From Octopus vulgaris (lineage: Eukaryota): 64,000 nucleotides of DNA. Location: positions 24,862,001 to 24,926,000 of the forward strand of contig OX597830.1 of NCBI GenBank assembly GCA_951406725.2, written 5' to 3'. The position numbers and the translations under genes were made by a program. The notes under the pieces are model-generated. The model was not told the DNA's origin. It saw only the letters and a list, made by a program, of their open reading frames with translations, and did not search any database. Positions 53,257-59,740 of the stretch are shown here, one piece after another (position 1 is the first letter of the stretch; each line of letters opens with the position of its first letter).

Positions 53257-55059
53257 TATCAATAAATATAATAAATGCTAATGCAGAGAAAAATCAAAAT
53301 GCCCAGTGATGACCCTCTGTTACAAATCTTGTATATAAATATACCGTGCGTGCAAAGGAATGGCTGTATGTTTACATTGGGTAGACTGCTGATTCATTTA
53401 AGAATCACTATTGCAACCATGTCACCAGTTTTAAGAGAATCAATAAGAGACATTCAACATCTTTGGTCAATTTTGTATGGTGACTGAAGGAAAATAAAAT
53501 TAAATACAACATAACTACCTCACATTCTGTAAGGGTGGGCAAGAGTACCTAGGAAGAAGATAAAGATGGTAGTGATGGGGGTGCCAAACAAACTCATTCC
53601 TTCTGGTATATATTTTCTTTTTTTTTTTTTGCAGGTAACAATTGTATCCTATGAATTCAGTGAAATACTCTCAACCCGGCGTTATAATTCAGATAATAAC
53701 AGAAGCTTCCTGGACATGAAGTTGGGTAATTTGATGGCTCAGAAAATATCCAGAGTTGAAACAGACGAAGTAAGTAATTTCATTTGTTTTATTTCATACA
53801 CAAATCTTATTTCAGTTTTAAAATTTTTATGATTATTTTTTTTCTTCCCATTTTTAATTTCTGACAATAAATTGAAAGTTGTATTTACTTTACAAGCCTA
53901 CAGGTTCACTAAGCTGGAACTTATTTTGGTATCTGAATACATGACACACTCAGAATGGGATACTAGTCTTGCTGGTGGTAGTATCTATTTTCATCTGCGT
54001 AGACTAAGGCAAAATAAAATTAAGTGCTTTCCTTGCAAATACAGCATGCTACCTGGTCTAGTAATAAAACTTACAACCTTACGATTGAGTACCTAATGCC
54101 TTCAGATCACACACAATATGTGTTGAGAGTTGAAGACAAGGAAGAGTGACTGTGTAGTAAGAAGCTTTTTTCCCAGCTACATGGTTCTGGGTTCAGTTGT
54201 ACTGCGTGGCGCCTTACTATAGCCTCAAGCCAACCAAAGCCTTGCGAGTCGATTTGGTTAAAGGAAACTGAAAGAAGCCCATCGTATATATACATATCAG
54301 TATATATCTATGTGTGTATGTCTGTGTACCCTCCCTCATTACCACTTGAAAATCGGTGTTGGTGTGTTTACATCCCCATAACTTAGCAGTTCAGAAAAAG
54401 ACTGATAAAGTCCCAAGCTTAGAAAATAAGTATTGGGGTCGATTCATTTGACTAAAACTTCAAGGTAGTGCTCCATCATAGCCACAGTCTAATGACTGAA
54501 AACAAGTAAAAAAAAAACAAAGAAAAAACATTCAACTAGATAAATCAAAGAAACGAGCCACTCTCAGCCCTAATGACAGTTGCAATGCATTGCAACTGCA
54601 GTCTTTGAAGTAATTGTGAAGTCTGATCAGAAATACCAGCCATTTCTCACACCCTAAATACTGTAGGACTGCTGGTCAGTTTCCCCACCCAACAACAACA
54701 ACAATGATGCAGCAGTCTAAGGGGTTCAAGTTGGGAGCCAAAAACCCCACCTGTATCTTGTGTCATTATCTATCCTCTCCTGAATAACTTCATTTAAAAG
54801 AATGCCCACACACAGCGGTGCTGGGGAGGAGAGGGTTATTCTATCTTTTTTTTCTATTTTGATCATTGTTTTTTTTTTAGACTGTCCTAGTTCTAGAAAT
54901 TATTCACAAAATATAGTAACAATAAAAATCATGTTTTATCATATTTTTTTCTTTCTGTTGCAGTGCACAGCCATCTCAAACTTAATTGGCCAATATATGT
55001 ATGTAATAAACCTAAACAAGAAGCGACAGGGTTCATTACAACCATCAGTTCCTTCCTGA
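2113..55059 (+). CDS. MYO15: Unconventional myosin XV (MYO15/Myo10A-sisyphus-like), 3' part: 24 coding exons encoding a FERM-like segment, SH3, MyTH4 and C-terminal FERM; 5' exons and motor are outside the window
   Basis: 24 exons joined by eye with GT-AG introns and matching phases give about 748 aa without an internal stop. Motifs: WPTYFCRLYP, YIGVSHSGV, SH3 (ALKDY..LLSFKSKDVIKL..GWLYGSLNGNVGFFPEEYV), MyTH4 (FMGDLP, LRDEVYCQLCKQTTNN, YGGRKNVP), FERM (WKLFGSSFF, LAVNKNGI, LDMKLGNLM, RVETD). The SH3-MyTH4-FERM order and these motifs match class XV myosin tails. Confidence 0.9.
2920..3035 (+). CDS. MYO15: MYO15 exon 2: CPSSYASVKYIGVSHSGVYMVSREQSFLDDQLSVVEAFK
   Basis: tttttag acceptor, aa|gtaagt donor; phase 0 to 2. 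Confidence 0.9.
3593..3683 (+). CDS. MYO15: MYO15 exon 3: FEDIVEVVLRSNNIVQLTLRQKGILLYTKW
   Basis: ttgtag acceptor, tgg|gtaggt donor; phase 2 to 0. Confidence 0.85.
5728..7471 (+). CDS. PLE polyprotein: reverse transcriptase + Cys-rich linker + GIY-YIG endonuclease (N-terminally truncated, frame open)
   Basis: FYGIPKVHK, LRPIIAG, SFDVVNLYSNIP, GTAMG, RYLDD, LPFLD, YYKPTD, SCHPRH; linker CGRPNCGIC (Cx4CxxC, Neptune-like); IYVITC..C..QYIG.T..R..H. The ORF-track start at 5564 is read-through from the inverted pLTR. Confidence 0.93.
7641..8075 (+). promoter_or_regulatory. Putative PLE internal Pol II promoter: 5 x (ATTGG-N12-TGACGTC) modules, TATA box, Kozak ATG and splice donor
   Basis: Modules start at 7641, 7706 (ATTAG), 7798, 7879 and 7937 (TGACATC); TATAAAA at 7993-7999; ccaccATGg at 8042-8050; ag|gtaaaa donor at 8070. 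Confidence 0.55.
8322..8355 (+). ncRNA. Minimal type-I hammerhead motif (U3-A8 variant) in the 3' pLTR
   Basis: TTGATAA-GGTTC atttcag GAACT-GAA-ACATGT-T; palindromic stem III; identical inverted copy on - strand at 5408-5441; stem I weak. Confidence 0.65.
9298..9348 (+). CDS. MYO15: MYO15 exon 4: DKELKTMIDDYSHENEG
   Basis: tttcag acceptor, ggg|gtaagt donor; phase 0 to 0. Confidence 0.8.
9546..10022. mobile_element. piggyBac-type MITE, family 2, interrupted by an RTE-tail repeat (about 9703-9950)
   Basis: TTAA|ccctttc...aaaaggg|TTAA; body matches 23778-23999. Confidence 0.8.
10644..10758 (+). CDS. MYO15: MYO15 exon 5, SH3 N-half: GSKFAFALKDYIVDQPTLLSFKSKDVIKLMDAGEPLDE
   Basis: Polypyrimidine-cag acceptor, g|gttagt donor; ALxDY SH3 motif. 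Confidence 0.92.
12802..13025. mobile_element. piggyBac-type MITE, family 1
   Basis: TTAA|ccctttagcatt...aatgctaaaggg|TTAA; same family as the host of the mariner at 31436-32574. Confidence 0.8.
13419..13519 (+). CDS. MYO15: MYO15 exon 6, SH3 C-half: GWLYGSLNGNVGFFPEEYVRLMPRHEVLTASREV
   Basis: ttttcag acceptor, gtg|gtaaag donor; GW..G...G.FP..YV motif. Confidence 0.92.
13975..14210. repeat. About 230-bp segment duplicated (direct, diverged) at about 15755-15990
   Basis: Shared aaaataag..tttggggttattttt..aaagctaaaacca..catcatcaaaatct..cttgactgataagcaaat. Confidence 0.75.
14572..14806. mobile_element. hAT-type MITE with 8-bp TSD
   Basis: TIRs cagtggttcacaacca / tggttgagaaacactg; TSD atctgacc / atctaacc; related degenerate copy at about 2335-2590. 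Confidence 0.8.
17500..17931. mobile_element. Possible older TTAA-flanked MITE
   Basis: TTAA|cctttttctt...gaggaaaaggg|TTAA imperfect TIRs. Confidence 0.4.
17990..18680 (-). pseudogene. Highly decayed LINE-like fragment
   Basis: GC-richer coding-like tract; KNALRLM and similar weak pre-RT motifs only. Confidence 0.3.
18992..19113 (+). CDS. MYO15: MYO15 exon 7: PLFVNGHADTRSDSSSVSAVADGNSPMLEYATHHFRESITR
   Basis: ttgcag acceptor, cg|gtgagt donor; MLEYA.HHFR motif preceding MyTH4. Confidence 0.88.
20197..20413. mobile_element. mariner-derived MITE
   Basis: TA|tgaggggttgccaaaaagttcctggctt ... aagccaggaacttttcagcactcccttg|TA. Confidence 0.75.
21958..21983 (+). CDS. MYO15: MYO15 exon 8, 26-nt microexon: MEMLKTGM
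   Basis: tgtctag acceptor, a|gtaagt donor; required to convert phase 2 to phase 1 between exons 7 and 9. Confidence 0.75.
22316..22540 (+). mobile_element. tRNA-derived SINE, family B (representative copy)
   Basis: Head ggcgagctggcagaatcgttag, B box gagttcaaattcc, core gactttgcctttcatccttccggggtcga; other copies at about 3178-3410(-), 26830-27040, 27870-28045(-), 45830-45920 and 50920-51128(-). Confidence 0.85.
22947..22999 (+). CDS. MYO15: MYO15 exon 9: SRSEWTEKDQAEMVKWTK
   Basis: tgacag acceptor, aag|gtaact donor; WT.K.Q.EMVK motif. Confidence 0.88.
23778..23999. mobile_element. piggyBac-type MITE, family 2, inserted in an RTE-tail repeat
   Basis: TTAA|ccctttcgatacc...ggtaacaaaaggg|TTAA. 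Confidence 0.85.
25121..25193 (+). CDS. MYO15: MYO15 exon 10 (MyTH4): SPIHSSLLMLSNEDLNQLALESFS
   Basis: Long polypyrimidine-cag acceptor, g|gtgagt donor; PI.SSL motif. Confidence 0.9.
25305..25710 (+). mobile_element. tRNA-derived SINE, family A, with internal (TA)n/(TG)n (representative copy)
   Basis: Head ggcgtggctgtgcggtaagaag..ggttcaatccca, tail gactgaaacagataaaagataa; further copies at about 1160-1540, 4955-8603 (split), 8660-9030, 14843-15205, 20510-20870, 21570, 35280, 37305, 44225, 50463 and 54145. Confidence 0.85.
26497..26800 (+). mobile_element. tRNA-derived SINE, family C (representative copy)
   Basis: A box gtggcttagtgg, B box gagtttgattcc, core ttgagcaagacactttgtttcacactgctccag; related copies at about 2590-2780(-), 10125-10440, 21295, 22632 and 26250-26470(-). 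Confidence 0.8.
28337..28407 (+). CDS. MYO15: MYO15 exon 11 (MyTH4): ELMTFMGDLPQSKQDTQCALRILK
   Basis: tttcag acceptor, aag|gtaagt donor; FMGD.P motif. Confidence 0.92.
29616..29813. mobile_element. Tc1/mariner-type MITE
   Basis: cacgagggtgttcataaattatc ... gataatttatggacactcttgtg|TA inverted termini. Confidence 0.65.
31545..32463 (-). mobile_element. Internally deleted mariner (919 bp) nested in a TTAA MITE
   Basis: TIRs ttgggtcatctcataaataa / ttatttatgggatgacccaa, TA TSD; MEVTKENIWHILLYEF, HQDNAQPH, HPPYSLDIVPPDYHLF; host MITE spans 31436-32574. Confidence 0.9.
34913..34995 (+). CDS. MYO15: MYO15 exon 12 (MyTH4): ICHKYPELRDEVYCQLCKQTTNNKSPKA
   Basis: atgcag acceptor, gc|gtgagt donor; LRDEVYCQL.KQTT.N signature. 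Confidence 0.95.
35609..35935 (+). mobile_element. tRNA-headed element flanked by inverted (AAT)n + pLTR-like arms with a degenerate hammerhead
   Basis: A box tggcatagtgg at 35792-35802, B box gagttcgattcc at 35835-35846; arms about 35677-35784 and 35859-35935 are reverse complements; - strand CTGATAA-tGGCTG..CAGCT-GAAA at 35641-35680. Confidence 0.65.
36145..36281 (+). CDS. MYO15: MYO15 exon 13 (MyTH4): KSLIRAWRFFALFAAYNDCSGTLKPYLLKYLTIAATDTSDPNNIC
   Basis: ttttcag acceptor, a|gtgagt donor; RAW..F and LKPYLLKYL motifs. Confidence 0.92.
36604..36755. repeat. Small fold-back element
   Basis: acatgcactggtt..tggttaaatatccaa / ttggatatttaacca..aaccagtgcatgt inverted arms. Confidence 0.6.
37879..37973 (+). 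CDS. MYO15: MYO15 exon 14 (end of MyTH4): TVADICLKNLRKTLRYGGRKNVPLEEEIINIT
   Basis: ttcacag acceptor, act|gtaagt donor; NLRKT..YGGRKNVP motif. Confidence 0.93.
39031..39114 (+). CDS. MYO15: MYO15 exon 15 (FERM F1): EGRMTKSQFFSFSGMDKPKHTVEVRSST
   Basis: ttttag acceptor, act|gtaagt donor; phase 0 to 0. Confidence 0.87.
40342..40675. mobile_element. Fold-back non-autonomous PLE terminus (spacerless inverted repeat 40342-40467 / 40468-40593 plus tail) in (TA)n
   Basis: Perfect central palindrome cagctgcataaaaata|tatttttatgcagctg; a hammerhead in each arm; (TA)n on both sides. Confidence 0.75.
40475..40563 (+). ncRNA. Type-I hammerhead motif with long stem II
   Basis: Stem I ATGCAG/CTGCAT, CTGACGA core, GAA-ACAATTGT-A (palindromic stem III, GUA site); diverged mirror copy on - strand at 40372-40460. 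Confidence 0.7.
40898..40974 (-). ncRNA. Type-I hammerhead motif with extended stem II
   Basis: Reverse complement: ct-CTGAGGA-a-GCTATAAG...CTTATAGT-g-GAA-ACAGCTGT-A-ag; lies in a fold-back at about 40843-41025. Confidence 0.65.
41096..41186 (+). CDS. MYO15: MYO15 exon 16 (FERM F1): LVKDIIEEIGQRLGVLDSIELEEYSLFLVI
   Basis: ttttag acceptor, a|gtaagt donor; EEYSLF motif. Confidence 0.9.
41521..41566 (-). ncRNA. Minimal hammerhead (U3-A8 variant) in a solo PLE terminus between (TA)n tracts
   Basis: Reverse complement: ttt-TTGATAA-GGTTC-loop-GAACC-GAA-ACATGT-A-aaa; flanks 41470-41590 resemble the pLTR at 5340-5450. Confidence 0.7.
41640..42330 (-). pseudogene. RTE-clade LINE 3' coding fragment
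   Basis: LFYGTESWTLY*KHINQLDSFHMQCLCTISNIK..IEAILIKIQLRQSGHL matches the post-RT region of RTE LINEs. Confidence 0.75.
43061..43208. repeat. About 150-bp near-palindrome
   Basis: gtcagaatattttt..ttatccttat..gtttccaaaa c ttttggaaac..ataaggataa..aaaaatattctgac. Confidence 0.75.
43246..43293 (+). ncRNA. Minimal type-I hammerhead motif
   Basis: tgaac-CTGAAGA-tTGCA gaatttaa TGCAt-GAA-AGTACT-A-attca; palindromic stem III, CUA site. Confidence 0.65.
43969..44147 (+). CDS. MYO15: MYO15 exon 17 (FERM): NSARSNPRYHRISRHEYFFDLTADLQKKPTPYDVIFKRDVWMFPIQPRTNEVYIDLMFAQ
   Basis: tttcag acceptor, caa|gtaaga donor; F.R.VW..P and YI.LMF.Q motifs. Confidence 0.92.
44437..45719 (-). mobile_element. Full-length (1283 bp) mariner transposon with a pseudogenised transposase (about 44513-45560)
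   Basis: TIRs ttgggttggcaactaagttcctgccg / cggcaggaactcagttgccaacccaa, TA on both sides; MECQVKKNEHF, ICAVYGEGAI, ITGDEKW, YSDLAPMDFYLF motifs broken by frameshifts. Confidence 0.93.
46511..46585 (+). CDS. MYO15: MYO15 exon 18 (FERM F2): IIQNFLDGRLLVFPNGTLPKDPSYI
   Basis: ttgcag acceptor, ata|gtaagt donor. Confidence 0.88.
47295..47600. repeat. Compound minisatellite built from tacatggtaatataaagatgtgtg and tatacaagatgtgtg modules
   Basis: Direct tandem modules visible in the sequence. Confidence 0.85.
47728..47792 (+). CDS. MYO15: MYO15 exon 19 (FERM F2): TELAVLASLLHRSQDQSTMLE
   Basis: PolyT-gcag acceptor, at|gtaagt donor; LA.LLHR motif. Confidence 0.9.
48300..48700 (+). pseudogene. RTE-clade LINE C-terminal fragment
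   Basis: GHPKL*FRDHLKWSLILCGV..LEPFAVNQKTWR followed by a CSQCHRIF..IGLVSH zinc-finger remnant. Confidence 0.6.
49304..49443 (+). CDS. MYO15: MYO15 exon 20 (FERM F2): IKGLKNVLPRQVLESKAVKPQQWLNKIHEEINRIGRLNPTQCKARFL
   Basis: PolyT-cag acceptor, g|gtaagt donor; KPQQW and K.RFL motifs. Confidence 0.92.
49459..49757 (+). mobile_element. Non-autonomous Helitron (299 bp)
   Basis: A|TC 5' end, subterminal GC hairpin cccgagc-aac-gccggg at 49730-49745, CTAG|T 3' end, no TSD. Confidence 0.8.
50351..50400 (+). CDS. MYO15: MYO15 exon 21: DILSKWKLFGSSFFKLK
   Basis: ctttcag acceptor, aag|gtaaat donor; W.LFGSSFF FERM signature. Confidence 0.93.
51158..51600 (-). mobile_element. RTE LINE 3' end (ORF C-terminus, 3' UTR and (GAT)n tail); probable parent of the many (GAT)n-tailed repeats in the window
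   Basis: CIKKCRALILEGTCGKGKLRKMRDEVVRRDLWTLGLTEEMTRDWEMWRFAVLDEMCQAK*. The same UTR/tail occurs at about 9703, 10979, 11735, 20930, 23608, 24660, 27190, 28935, 33080, 36415 and 61045. Confidence 0.75.
51871..51948 (+). CDS. MYO15: MYO15 exon 22 (FERM F3): SIPPNIGECFLAVNKNGIQVIGKDDH
   Basis: ttttag acceptor, cat|gtgagt donor; LAVNK.GI motif. Confidence 0.92.
52830..53050 (+). pseudogene. Degenerate Naiad-like PLE RT thumb/linker fragment
   Basis: RYRNQNALWFNPIFGSHVLTKIAGKFFATLDKCFPKSN*YNAIFNQHTM*VSYANSANL resembles the WFNPP..IGKKF...FN..T.KVSYS region. Confidence 0.7.
53635..53769 (+). CDS. MYO15: MYO15 exon 23 (FERM F3): VTIVSYEFSEILSTRRYNSDNNRSFLDMKLGNLMAQKISRVETDE
   Basis: PolyT-gcag acceptor, gaa|gtaagt donor; STR and LDMK.GNLM motifs typical of Myo15. 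Confidence 0.93.
54964..55059 (+). CDS. MYO15: MYO15 terminal coding exon: CTAISNLIGQYMYVINLNKKRQGSLQPSVPS*
   Basis: ttgcag acceptor; IS.LI.QY final FERM helix; TGA at 55057-55059. Confidence 0.9.
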   Translation, partial: CTAISNLIGQYMYVINLNKKRQGSLQPSVPS

Positions 55060-55084
55060 AAGACAGCCGACATTTGCTACTGGA

Positions 55085-55830
55085 CGTGTGTGTGTGTGTG
55101 TTTAAATATTTGCATATATGCATTCATCTGTATACATGTGTCGATATGTATGTGTGTATGTCTATTTACATATAAGTATATATACGTGTACATATATATA
55201 AACGTATAAGTATATATATGTACACATGCTAGGCAGACGTCAAACGTAGATGATATATGTATAAGTAAATATATGTATGAATATATATACATGTACGTAT
55301 ATATACATATAAGTGTGTGTGTGTGTATAGATACGTATATACATACATATATATACTTTGTGTGTGTGTATATATATATATATATACACACTTATACATA
55401 TATACGTACTTATACATATACACGAACTTATATATACATATACATACTTATGTGTATATATCTATACTTATAAGTAGACATATATACACGTATATATACT
55501 AATGTGTGTATATACTTAGTGTATGTATGCATATAAACACATGTAAATATACATATACTTATATAGACATATATGGATATACAGATAAGAACATACAAAA
55601 ATATATATATACATACATCTACGTACATACATGTACATACATACATATACATACGTACATACATACATACATGTACATACATACGTACATACATACATAC
55701 ATGTACATACATACATACATACACATACGTACATATGTACCTACATACACACGAACATACAGATCCATGTACATATGCACATACACACATACATACACAC
55801 ACACATACATATATATATATACATAAATGC
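55085..55830. repeat. Long complex (TA/CA/TACA)n microsatellite in the proximal 3' UTR
   Basis: Alternating purine-pyrimidine low-complexity tract immediately after the stop codon. Confidence 0.9.
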
Positions 55831-57196
55831 GTATTAATATTTTATAAGCGATTATCATGCAAGGACTGAAGAAATTAGTCTAATGGATCATATAAGCCCT
55901 TGAACAGAAGTAGTATTTTCCCACTTCACACTTGCCGGGAAAACAAAGTGATGTGGGTTCGCGTCCCCATCATGCAGGAACAGCTACTTTTTTTCCCATT
56001 GTGGGCTTATATGCCCCATTATTAGACTGTTTTCTTTAGTCATTGCATGGTAATTGCTTATAAGCTATAAGCTTATAAAATACTATTGTTATTTACTGAA
56101 CTGTAAAAATCGATGCCACTTAACAAAATAAAAAAGAAAACTTACATACATATATATATAGACGCATATTTTATATAGACACACATATGATGATTGTGTG
56201 TGTACATACACATATATGTATCCGAGAAAAGTTTAAATTAATCATCACTGCTTAAGAGAAGAGTTTCCTATCTTTGATATATTGTTGTGAAAAGAGCCAT
56301 CCCACCCTCAAACACATTCCAAAGAAAAGAATGACAGAACAAAATTTTTTCCTTTTTTTCACTCAATATTTTCATATATAAAATCTATTTATTAATAACA
56401 ACATATCTATTTGCAGATGTTGAATGTAAGATGGTGTAGGGGAAAAGAAAATTTATAGTAAACATATTTAATGATTAGCATTATAAACATACTAAAAGAA
56501 CATGTAATATTTTCCTATTTGACAAAAAAAAAATAAATGCTGTGATTTCATGTTGCATAGTGAAACTAATATTATACAATGAAACAATGTTTATTGATTA
56601 TATTTAACAACAATATCATTGCTAACACAAAGTCCTTATGGTTACAATTAATTAAAAGATATTTCTAGAAGTAATATTAATATGTAGTAGACACTTAAAC
56701 AGACAAGTATGACCAATTATTCCAAGGGGCTAATATGGGTGGGAGAAATAATTATTTAATCATATCATACTTTATATATAAAAGTACACTTGGTGCAAAG
56801 AATATTCCATGACTGCTCTGTGTAACGGACTGCTTTAGTAAAACAAAAAAAACAACAACAAAAATCATCACAGAAAGGTTAATTGTGGAATTTACAGGTA
56901 ATGCAATGGATAAATCATTTTAATTTCCTCAACTGTTTTTTTTTTATAGATCTTTCTACATCTTTTAACAGAAAATGTCCATCTCATGAAAGAGTAAATT
57001 ATATCACACATACTTGCATACACCATACAATGATGAATGAGCTTAATATAAGAAAAAACTAATTTTATAAGTAAAGTGCCTTCTTTTTCCTCGTTCAAAA
57101 ATAGGTATTTGAATTTTACATATAAGTAGGTTTGTTTTTATGTTGAGTAGTACTCTTTGTAGAGTACATATTAATCCTTTTACAAAAAGAAAAGTG

Positions 57197-57240
57197 ACAG
57201 TGACTTCAAAGTTTCAGCCAGCTAACTTTCAGCAGTCTGT
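57197..57240 (-). ncRNA. Hammerhead-like motif (A6C variant) in a small fold-back at 57177-57267
   Basis: Reverse complement: acaga-CTGCTGA-aagttagctggct-GAA-ACTT tg AAGT-C-actgt. Confidence 0.45.
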
Positions 57241-57293
57241 CCAAAGTCACTGCTCTTTTTGTAAAAGTATAATTAGTGTGTGTGTGTATGTGT

Positions 57294-57950
57294 AAGCATA
57301 ATCGATCACATATATTTAATATATATGCTTTGTGTATTTGGTGGTAGTTTGCGATTTGTTGTTGTAAATACACAAAGTATATACGTTAAGTATATGTGGT
57401 CGATAATGTTTATTATCCTAGTACAGCTTCTATTTCATATTTGCGGTGGGCACATTTCTTTGACAAGAAAGAGCAACAAAATAACACAAATAGGTATGGA
57501 CTTAAATCTACGAAAAATCCACCCCCAATCATGGAATTAGAACCTTTCGAAAAGGACCTCTTCACACTCGTTAGATTAAATTTCGTAAAATCAGTAACAC
57601 ACTCCAGAAAATTATGAATGACAAAATTAAAAATACTAGGAATTCAACAGACTACTTTCAAATAGTATTACAGATACATATAAAAAAACAAAAAACAAAT
57701 GGTAACTTATACAAAGTGGTGAATATCGAAGCTAGAAGTCAGCCCTTTAAGGGTAATAAAGACAATTAGTAACGCCAATGGTGCTGAAATAAATAACAAA
57801 ACTAAATGCAACTGTAAAGACCAGAGTTGCTGTCCTTTAGAAGGAAATTGTCTGGTGAAAGGAATTGTATATAGGGCCAAAGTCCAAATGGATAACACAC
57901 ATGCATGTAAGATATACATAGGTGCCATGAAAAGTTCCTTCAAACATTAT
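57294..57950 (+). pseudogene. Internally deleted Naiad-like PLE (N-terminal region close to a GIY-YIG start) with a 5' hairpin at 57294-57411
   Basis: LRWAHFF..YGLKSTKNPPPIMELEPFEKDLFTLV, then KCNCKDQSCCPLEGNCLVKGIVYRAKV..KIYIGAMKSSFK; ends in (TA)n. Confidence 0.75.
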
Positions 57951-57971
57951 ATATATATATATATATATATA

Positions 57972-58600
57972 TATGATTGTTAAACAGGACATCAAATATT
58001 AAGGCAAGGTAAACATCTCAAGTCATATACAATATTACTACAGGAAGAAATTCAAAATCTTACAGCTGTTTCTGTGATATCCCCAAGTATGGGATATTCT
58101 GTCAGCAAAGATAAATTGGGAAAAATATAGAAAATGAGAATGGTGTATATGAATATGGTGACAATATAGAGGAAAGGAGTAAAAGAATAAAGTGATGTAG
58201 AGAACAAGAAAAGAAGCATAAAAGTTCATAGTTCAACTTTCTGCAGTTATAGAAACCAAAGTATGAGTCCTTAGGTGCAATCCTGCATAGATCCATGTAG
58301 ATTAAAGTCCTGATATAGTAGACATCCCAAGAAAAGTTGAACTATGAACTTTTATGCTTTTTACTTCCTTCTTTCCATCTCATTCTTTTACTCCCTTCCT
58401 CTATGTTGTCATCTTATTGATATATACCATTCTCATTTTCCATATTTTTCCCCCAATTTGTCTCTGATGACGGAATATCTTATACTCAGGGATATCCCAG
58501 AAACAGCTGTAAGATTTTGAATTTCTTCATGTAATAATATTGTATATGACTTGAGATGTTTGCCTTGCCTTAATGTTTGACATCCTGTTTAACAATTATA
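57972..58600. mobile_element. Fold-back non-autonomous PLE terminus (arms about 57972-58241 and 58331-58600, about 90-nt spacer)
   Basis: Arms are diverged reverse complements; starts at a (TA)n tract; each arm carries a hammerhead motif. Confidence 0.8.
58461..58514 (+). ncRNA. Canonical minimal type-I hammerhead in the putative myosin 3' UTR/flank
   Basis: TCT-CTGATGA-cGGAATATC..GATATCCCa-GAA-ACAGCTGT-A-AGA; degenerate mirror copy (TTGCTGA core) on - strand at 58058-58111. Confidence 0.75.
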
Positions 58601-59674
58601 TATCCACTGCATTGGAAATCTACAATGGCTCCATAACTATCATCTCGGCTATAACCTTGGAGCCCCAGTAATCCGTTACAGCACTTATATAGCGTATCTA
58701 ATCATTTAGATCATTATACTTTGATATATCCTTCATGTCACATACTATTTAACTGTGGTCCTTTAGTAAGATTTGCTGGAGATATTTTTACAATAACAAT
58801 TAATTAAAAGATAAACACAATATGTGTTATTTTGTGTCTTCAAAGCTAGTATTCTTTGAATTAAATAAAAGTATGTTATACTGCAGAACCATTCTCACTA
58901 TGGTATGAATGCAGGATGAAAATAGTAACCAAAAGTCAATCTTAGGAAAGAGTAACATTTTTGGGGTTTTTTTGTTGTTTTGTTTTTTTCGCTATTAAAG
59001 TTACATTTATGGTCTAAAATAAGGGACAGAAAATGTTCAACACAAAACTGGTCTGGTACCACATTCTTTTCCCCACAAAGACTATAATGTAAATTTTCTA
59101 CAGTTTGAAAACCTCAAAGCTGTATTCCTAACATTCTGTAGTATTAATGAGTAAAAGAGTATTATGGTTAGGTTAATTCACAGGAAAAGAAAGAAAAAAC
59201 CCAAGATGTTTATGAAAAAAAAGAAAGCGTAGAAGATATACGGGTTGTTGTCATTGTGTGTTTGATTTGAAGGTCCATGCTCAACTCATTTTTTGGGACC
59301 CATTGCTTTTACTGTTATTTTATATATTTATTTGTTCTCAACACAAGTTTTTTTTTAAATTTTCAATTGTGGAAACCACTTTTTGCTAAACAAAATCATA
59401 AAAGAAATAATGTGATCTGACTTCTAATTATCAGCCATTTGATACATTGAACCTATTGATAATTTGTTAGTGAAACATATGTACCAAAAATATTCCTGTC
59501 TATTCTATCAAAAAAAAAAAAAAAGTGTCCTTTCTATTGAACAAAAATAAAATTAATATATATTTTATATTCACTGAAATATTATTTTTACCATGTCCAA
59601 ATACTAAGCATATTTTTGCACAATATATGTCTACATTAATGTATATTTTCAGTGTACTTCAACTCAACTATATT

Positions 59675-59740
59675 TGTACAGTTAACAATTTACATCAATA
59701 AATAATATAAAACTACTGTGTTTATTTTTAGTTTTTTTAA
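59675..59740 (+). terminator. Candidate polyadenylation signal of the myosin gene
   Basis: TGTA at 59675-59678, AATAAA at 59697-59702, downstream GT/T-rich tract (tgtgtttatttttagttttttt). Other AATAAA hexamers occur earlier in the AT-rich UTR, so the site is tentative. Confidence 0.4.

Noticed and set aside
2113-55059. Myosin VII or myosin X identity for the host gene
   Set aside because: There are no PH domains (myosin X), and motifs such as YGGRKNVP, VSHSGV and LDMKLGNLM fit class XV better than class VII; a phylogeny would confirm.
55077-55869. Cluster of overlapping ORFs rich in Y/I/H/T/C/V (also 21563-21924, 37368-37704, 47158-47760)
   Set aside because: These are translations of (TA)n, (CA)n and (TACA)n microsatellites and minisatellites.
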